In this document: piece after piece, positions 59,072-64,000 of the stretch
How positions within the stretch are numbered: the first letter of the stretch is position 1
Layout: every line of letters begins with the position of its first letter
Assembly (NCBI GenBank): GCA_963793425.1
Contig: CAWCAG010000007.1
Span: forward strand, 896,001 to 960,000
Origin: an uncultured cyanobacterium
Lineage (GTDB): Bacteria > Cyanobacteriota > Cyanobacteriia > Cyanobacteriales > CAWCAG01
Length of the DNA stretch: 64,000 nucleotides
Direction of reading: 5' to 3'
Program-made: the position numbers and the translations under genes
The notes under the pieces: model-generated
Told to the model about the DNA's origin: nothing
Databases searched by the model: none
Seen by the model: only the letters and a program-made list of their open reading frames with translations

Positions 59072-60721
59072 TTGAATACTTCTCAAAAAATTAACAGGAT
59101 TTCTTGGCTAAGTTACCCTGCCATGGTAGCTTTAGCTTTCTTGATTGCTCCGGTGGTGGGAGCGGAAGAATCGTTAGTTTCTGAGCAGGAATTAGCCAGC
59201 CAAACTGCCCCAGAAAGTTACCTGGCACAAACCCCAACTGAAGATAGCCAACTCCTCAACCAAATCAATGAATACAGCACTGAAGGGCAAGGAGATATTG
59301 ATCCCCTTGAACAAGTAACCAGTGTTACCCAGCTTTCTGACATCGATCCTTTTTGGTTCCAAGCTGTACAGAAAATGGTTGACAAATACGGCTGCATTGT
59401 TGGCTATCCTGACGGAACTTTCAAAGGCAATCGTAATATAACTCGCTATGAATTTGCAGCAGCTTTGAGCCGCTGTATGGAATGGGTTGAAGCGAATTAT
59501 GGTAGCGTAGAAGATGGAGACTTAGCGACTTTACGCCGCTTAGTTCAAGAGTTTGAAGCAGAATTGGCTGTATTAGGGGCAAGGGTAGATGATTTAGAAG
59601 GTCGAGTTGCTTTCGTTGAAGACCATCAATTTTCTACAACCACAAAGTTAAAGGGAGAAGTTATCTTCGGTGTTTCTGATGCTTTTGGTGGCATAGGGGA
59701 TAATACTAACACTGTTTTTCAAGACAGAGTTCGCCTCAACCTGATTACCAGTTTTACAGGTAAAGATACCTTACAAACTCGTCTCCAGGCTGGTAATGTA
59801 AATCGCCTCATTTCTACTAATGAAGGTCGCTTTACCTACTTCCCTGGCGGTGCTAACAACAATGTTGGTATTGACATCCTACGCTACATCACTCCTGTAG
59901 GAGACAAAGCAACTGTACAAATCATTGCCAACAATGGTTTGCATCACTATTACACTGACACTCTTAACCCCTACTTTGAAAGCGGTGCAGGGGGTACTGG
60001 CGCACTTTCTACCCATGCTGAACGTAATCCCATCTATCGTCTCGGTCCCCTTGGTGCAGGTGCAGCAGTTTCTCTAAGACCAGCTAAAGGAATTAGGTTT
60101 GATGTAGGCTACCTTAGTAATGAAGCTAGCAATCCTGCTGAAGGTGAAGGTTTGTTTGGTGGCAATTATTCCGGCATCGCGCAACTTACCTTTGGTGACC
60201 GCTACAAAGTGGCTTTCACCTATGTTAATTCTTATTCTGGTGCTGGAGATTTTCTCTTAGGTGGGGTTGGTACTAACTTAGCCAATACTCCTGAAGATGC
60301 TGCTGGTATTGGTGCAACCCCTATTTTTACCAATGCTTACGGTATTGAAACATCCTTAAGATTTAGCGAAAGCTTAATTCTTAACGGTTGGGTAGGTAAG
60401 ATGGATTCTCGCTTAATCGGCAGAGGGGATGCTGATATTTGGACATTTAATGCTAACCTGGGCTTCTTGGATCTGGGTGGAGAAGGCAATATGCTTGGTT
60501 TAGGCTTTGGCGCTGAACCAACCTTACGGGGCTTAGAAGTTGATGGAGCGACAATACCATTATCTCAGGATTGGGCTTATCATGCAGAAGCTTTCTACAA
60601 GTACAAGTTAAGCAACAATATCCTAATCACTCCTGGTATAATTTGGTTGCCCAGCGTTAACCAAGACTCCGATAGCGAAGATGTTTTCATCGGCACACTG
60701 AGAACAACCTTCACTTTCTAA
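59072..60721 (+). CDS. SLH-domain OprB-type outer-membrane porin (Som/iron-uptake porin family)
   Basis: QVTSVTQLSD, GYPDGTFKGNR.ITRYEFAA (SLH), FSTTTKL.GE, RVRLNLITSFTG.D.L, C-terminal GTLRTTFTF; TTG start after GAGGA. Confidence 0.93.
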   Translation: MNTSQKINRISWLSYPAMVALAFLIAPVVGAEESLVSEQELASQTAPESYLAQTPTEDSQLLNQINEYSTEGQGDIDPLEQVTSVTQLSDIDPFWFQAVQKMVDKYGCIVGYPDGTFKGNRNITRYEFAAALSRCMEWVEANYGSVEDGDLATLRRLVQEFEAELAVLGARVDDLEGRVAFVEDHQFSTTTKLKGEVIFGVSDAFGGIGDNTNTVFQDRVRLNLITSFTGKDTLQTRLQAGNVNRLISTNEGRFTYFPGGANNNVGIDILRYITPVGDKATVQIIANNGLHHYYTDTLNPYFESGAGGTGALSTHAERNPIYRLGPLGAGAAVSLRPAKGIRFDVGYLSNEASNPAEGEGLFGGNYSGIAQLTFGDRYKVAFTYVNSYSGAGDFLLGGVGTNLANTPEDAAGIGATPIFTNAYGIETSLRFSESLILNGWVGKMDSRLIGRGDADIWTFNANLGFLDLGGEGNMLGLGFGAEPTLRGLEVDGATIPLSQDWAYHAEAFYKYKLSNNILITPGIIWLPSVNQDSDSEDVFIGTLRTTFTF

Positions 60722-60737
60722 GTAGAAAGTAAATTCA

Positions 60738-60885
60738 TGTAGGGTGGGCAAGTTGAGTAACAAAATCAGCAAAGGAAATCCCTTTATTCTTGCCCACCAT
60801 AACTAATAGCTAATACCCTTGTCATGGTGGGCAAAAATAGTAGAGTTGGTAATTAAGCTTATCTGAGCAAATTTGCCCACCCTAC
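60738..60885. repeat. Pair of GTAG-type REP palindromes (BIME-like)
   Basis: TGTAGGGTGGGCAA...TTGCCCACC then GGTGGGCAAA...TTTGCCCACCCTAC. Confidence 0.8.
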
Positions 60886-61012
60886 TAAAACTATTTGTAG
60901 CTTTGATTTATCAAAAAGTTTACCGAAAACGGGTCGCCCCTACAACTAACAACTAATAACTGTACGGCGTAGCCGTTGCAGCATCTCTTACTAACAACTA
61001 ACAACTGATTTA

Positions 61013-61086
61013 GTATCAATACTTACGGAACAATCCAGCAGAGAACTCTAAGATTAGCTATTGGGTAACAATGTAATCTGGGTTAC
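61013..61086 (+). promoter_or_regulatory. NtcA-activated promoter of ntcB plus a second downstream NtcA box
   Basis: GTA-TCAATACT-TAC (61013-61026), 22 nt, TAAGAT (61049-61054); GTA-ATCTGGGT-TAC (61073-61086). Confidence 0.8.
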
Positions 61087-61098
61087 AGATAAATCATT

Positions 61099-62067
61099 AT
61101 GAGGATTGAGCAGTTACAGGCTTTTTTAGCTGTGTCCGAAACCGGAAGCTTCGGACAAGCTGCCCGGAAGTGTGGTGTCACTCAATCTACTATCAGTCGG
61201 CAAATCCAAGCTTTAGAAATGGAATTAGGTTTACCTTTATTCCACCGCTTGGCACAGGCAAAATTAACTTTAGCGGGGGAAAACTTATTACCTCGTGCCA
61301 CAAAAATTTGTAAAGAGTGGCAAACCGCAGCTCAAGAAATAGCCGATTTAATGGCCGGGAAACAACCAGAACTTTGCGTCGCAGCTATCCATTCTGTCTG
61401 TTCCCATTACTTGCCTCCAGTACTGCAACAATTTTGCACCCACTACCCAGAAGTGCAACTGCGAGTCACAGCCTTGGGTAGCGATCGCGCCCTTAAAGTA
61501 CTCCGGGATGGTTTAGTAGATGTGGCGGTGGTGATGAATAACCGCCTGTTAACTGCGAATCCCGAAATGGTAGTAGATACCCTTTACCATGAATCCATTG
61601 AAATACTCATGGGGGCGAATCATCCTTTAACCAAATATCAAAAAGTACCTTGGGCAGAATTAGCTAAATATCCCCAAGTTGTTTTCAAAGACGGTTATGG
61701 AATGCAGCGTTTAGTGCAACGATTATTTGCTGAAGAAGCAAACCTCAATGCTGTCGTGGAGTTGAATACCTTAGATGCTTTTCGCGGAGTAGTCCGACAA
61801 GGGGAAATGATTGCCTTGCTACCCAATGCGGCTTTATTAGATGCCACTAGTGATGTAACCTTAGCCATTCGCCCTATTGCTAATCATCCTTCCTCAAATA
61901 ATACCAAAGGAGAATATGATTTCACCAGAGAAGTTGTTCTTGTCACAACTCGCGATCGCTTACAAATTCCTCCTATTCAGAAGTTTTGTGAGTTAGTGAA
62001 AAAAGTTGCTCAACCTCCAGTACAAAAGCTTAACTCTCAAAAGTTAACAACCCCTCTTGTAGGGTAA
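61099..62067 (+). CDS. ntcB: LysR-type nitrate assimilation activator NtcB
   Basis: MRIEQLQAFLA..ETGSF.QAARKCGVTQSTISRQIQ, ELCVAAIHSVC, LGSDRALKVLRDG; NtcA promoter; followed by cnaT. Confidence 0.9.
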   Translation: MRIEQLQAFLAVSETGSFGQAARKCGVTQSTISRQIQALEMELGLPLFHRLAQAKLTLAGENLLPRATKICKEWQTAAQEIADLMAGKQPELCVAAIHSVCSHYLPPVLQQFCTHYPEVQLRVTALGSDRALKVLRDGLVDVAVVMNNRLLTANPEMVVDTLYHESIEILMGANHPLTKYQKVPWAELAKYPQVVFKDGYGMQRLVQRLFAEEANLNAVVELNTLDAFRGVVRQGEMIALLPNAALLDATSDVTLAIRPIANHPSSNNTKGEYDFTREVVLVTTRDRLQIPPIQKFCELVKKVAQPPVQKLNSQKLTTPLVG

Positions 62068-62099
62068 TAGTAATAGGTAACTTTTAAATTGCTGCAAAA

Positions 62100-63149
62100 A
62101 TGAGCGAAATATTTAGGGAATTACTTAAAAAAGTTGGTAGTGGCACTCACACTAGCAAAGACTTGACTCGTGCCGAGGCAGCAACCGCTACAAAAATGAT
62201 GTTGTTGCAAGAAGCTACTCCTGCCCAAATTGGCGCTTTCATGATTGCCCATCGCATTAAACGCCCGACTCCTGCGGAATTAGCGGGGATGTTAGATGCC
62301 TATGATTCCTTTGGACTAAAACTAGAGGCTTTAGATTCTTCTCCTTATCCAGTCACTGTTTTTAGTAATCCCTATGATGGGCGTTCCCGTACTGCCCCTG
62401 TCATGCCGATCACGGCTTTAATTCTTGCTACAGCAGGAGTTCCGGTGATTATGCACGGGGGAGATTGTATGCCTACCAAGTACGGAGTTCCCCTGGTTGA
62501 GATTTGGCAAGGATTAGGTGCAGACTTTTCTTCTCTGACTCTCTCCCAAAGCCAGCAGGTTTTCGCTAAGACAGGTATTGGTTTTGTCTATTTACCTCAA
62601 CATTTCCCCACAGCGTATAATTTAGTTCCTTACCGAGAACAAATTGGTAAACGTCCTACCCTCGCAACCTTAGAATTAGTTTGGTTTCCTTATTCAGGAG
62701 ATGGTGATTTGATTTCTGGCTTTGTCCATCCTCCTAGTGAAGAACGTTTCCAAAAAACTTTTGCTTTGAAAGGTGTTAATAATTTTACTACAGTTAAAGG
62801 ATTAGAAGGAAGTTGCGACCTTGCCCAAAGTCGCACTGCTATTATCGGCATCAACAAACCTGACACGAAACCTAACTTCCAACGTCTCCATCTCCACCCC
62901 CGCGACTACGATTTAGGGGGGCAAGATGTTCCTTTAGAATCAACTGAACTATTAATCAAACAACTCCAGGAAGTGTTGCAAGGCAAACCAGGAGAATTAA
63001 TGTCCGCAGCAATTTTAAACGGGGGCTTTTATTTGTGGCATAGTGGTGTTTGTCCCGATCTCAGTTCCGCTTTTGCCCAGGCAGAGGCAATTTTAACTAA
63101 GGGTAAAGCTGTCGCTAAATTACAAAGTATTATATCAACAATCAAATAG
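62100..63149 (+). CDS. cnaT: CnaT, anthranilate phosphoribosyltransferase-like protein of nitrate assimilation
   Basis: KVGSG.HTSKDLTR, QIGAFMIAHRIKRP, PYDGRSRT, MPTKYG, GFVHPP; ntcB-cnaT synteny. Confidence 0.82.
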   Translation: MSEIFRELLKKVGSGTHTSKDLTRAEAATATKMMLLQEATPAQIGAFMIAHRIKRPTPAELAGMLDAYDSFGLKLEALDSSPYPVTVFSNPYDGRSRTAPVMPITALILATAGVPVIMHGGDCMPTKYGVPLVEIWQGLGADFSSLTLSQSQQVFAKTGIGFVYLPQHFPTAYNLVPYREQIGKRPTLATLELVWFPYSGDGDLISGFVHPPSEERFQKTFALKGVNNFTTVKGLEGSCDLAQSRTAIIGINKPDTKPNFQRLHLHPRDYDLGGQDVPLESTELLIKQLQEVLQGKPGELMSAAILNGGFYLWHSGVCPDLSSAFAQAEAILTKGKAVAKLQSIISTIK

Positions 63150-63188
63150 CTTAAGTAAAACTTATAATTGAAAATTAGAATTTTAATC

Positions 63189-63235
63189 ATAGACAAAAGC
63201 AAATGTTTCTGTGATCATGATAGACTAATCTATAT
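63189..63235 (+). promoter_or_regulatory. Possible LysR (CmpR/NdhR-type) boxes upstream of cmpA
   Basis: ATAG-ACAAAAGC-AAAT and ATAG-ACTAATCT-ATAT, imperfect ATAG-N8-CTAT matches. Confidence 0.4.
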
Positions 63236-63397
63236 AAATTAAGAAATTGATTAAAACGCTTGGTCTAGGGTTTAGCAACTAGTTTGCAGCGCTGTATTCG
63301 GCTGCAAAGTTAGATATCAGAGAATTTTATTAATAGCTTTTTTGCAGTTCATTTCAATGTATCTGTCCAGTAAAAACAGGGACAGCTAGGAAGTCTT

Positions 63398-64000
63398 ATG
63401 TCTAATTCACCACAATTTTCTCGACGAAAATTTTTAGCGACCGCTGCTGCTTCTGGGGCTAGTGCTGTATTTCTCAAAGGGTGTTTTGGCAATGCCCTCG
63501 AACCAGGAGATAATACAGCTACAGAACAAGTAAAAGCAAGTGATATTAGTCCAGAGATGATGCCTGAAACAACAGAAGTTGTTTTAGGTTACATTCCCAT
63601 TGTTGAGGCTGCGGCTTTAATTATTGCCCAAGAGAAAGGCTTCTTTGCTAAATATGGCATGACTGATGTAGACATTTCTAAGCAAGCAAACTGGTTATCA
63701 GCCAGGGATAATGTCTCCATTGGGTCTGAAAATGGTGGTATTGATGGGGGACAGTGGCAAATGCCCATGCCCCATTTAATTAGCGAAGGAATTATCACTA
63801 ATGGTAAGAAAGTGCCGATGTATGTCTTGGCGCAACTAAATACTCAGGGTAATGGTATTGCGATCGCAGGTATCCATGAAGGCAAGGGACTTAATTTAGA
63901 TATTGCTGAGGCTGCTGAGTATATCAAAAGCTTTCCTGCTAATGAAGGAAGAAAGTTCAAAGCGGCACACACCTTCCCTCAAGTAAACCAAGATTTCTGG
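63398..64000 (+). CDS. cmpA: Bicarbonate ABC transporter substrate-binding lipoprotein CmpA, 5' part (runs off window)
   Basis: ATG 63398, FSRRKFL signal, LKG-C lipobox, [35 protein letters not shown] (CmpA-type rather than NrtA-type motifs). Confidence 0.85.
   Translation, partial: MSNSPQFSRRKFLATAAASGASAVFLKGCFGNALEPGDNTATEQVKASDISPEMMPETTEVVLGYIPIVEAAALIIAQEKGFFAKYGMTDVDISKQANWLSARDNVSIGSENGGIDGGQWQMPMPHLISEGIITNGKKVPMYVLAQLNTQGNGIAIAGIHEGKGLNLDIAEAAEYIKSFPANEGRKFKAAHTFPQVNQDFW

Larger units (their letters stand above)
1685..63867. repeat. Dispersed HIP1 octamers (GCGATCGC)
   Basis: Many copies across the backbone, e.g. 1685, 5432, five or more within the SGNH gene, 63860. Confidence 0.9.

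Overview
Chromosomal segment of a cyanobacterium, judged from psbZ, ntcB/cnaT, cmpA, many HIP1 GCGATCGC sites and heptamer STRR repeats. The backbone is mostly housekeeping: tRNA-Arg(CCG), A-adding tRNA nucleotidyltransferase, psbZ-ribH, egtBC, rqcH-like, remA-gmk, ribD, mreBCD, ssb, dnaN, DAHP synthase, rbp, trpB, aspS and a nirB-like/porin/ntcB/cnaT/cmpA block. Three accessory patches interrupt it: (i) a DUF4157 (eCIS-core) effector with two lipoproteins and a decayed prenyltransferase-methyltransferase gene (5.6-10.2 kb); (ii) a defence patch with two DUF262/HNH nucleases, an MNT-HEPN pair whose toxin is dead, and a MITE (12.4-18.3 kb); (iii) an eroded MprF/KimA-like envelope island (47.3-57.3 kb). 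The most striking signal is absent from the ORF track. The 5' leader of the DAHP synthase gene (34089-34438) holds two tandem 18-codon leader peptides rich in Phe/Tyr/Trp/His, each coupled to its own antiterminator/terminator pair. This looks like a double ribosome-stalling attenuator controlling an enzyme that lacks an allosteric domain. A second notable signal is an outer-membrane porin gene with a complete nirA-type NtcB+NtcA promoter and a Yfr1 site, a candidate nitrate/nitrite-induced porin. All calls come from reading the sequence; no database searches or folding programs were run.
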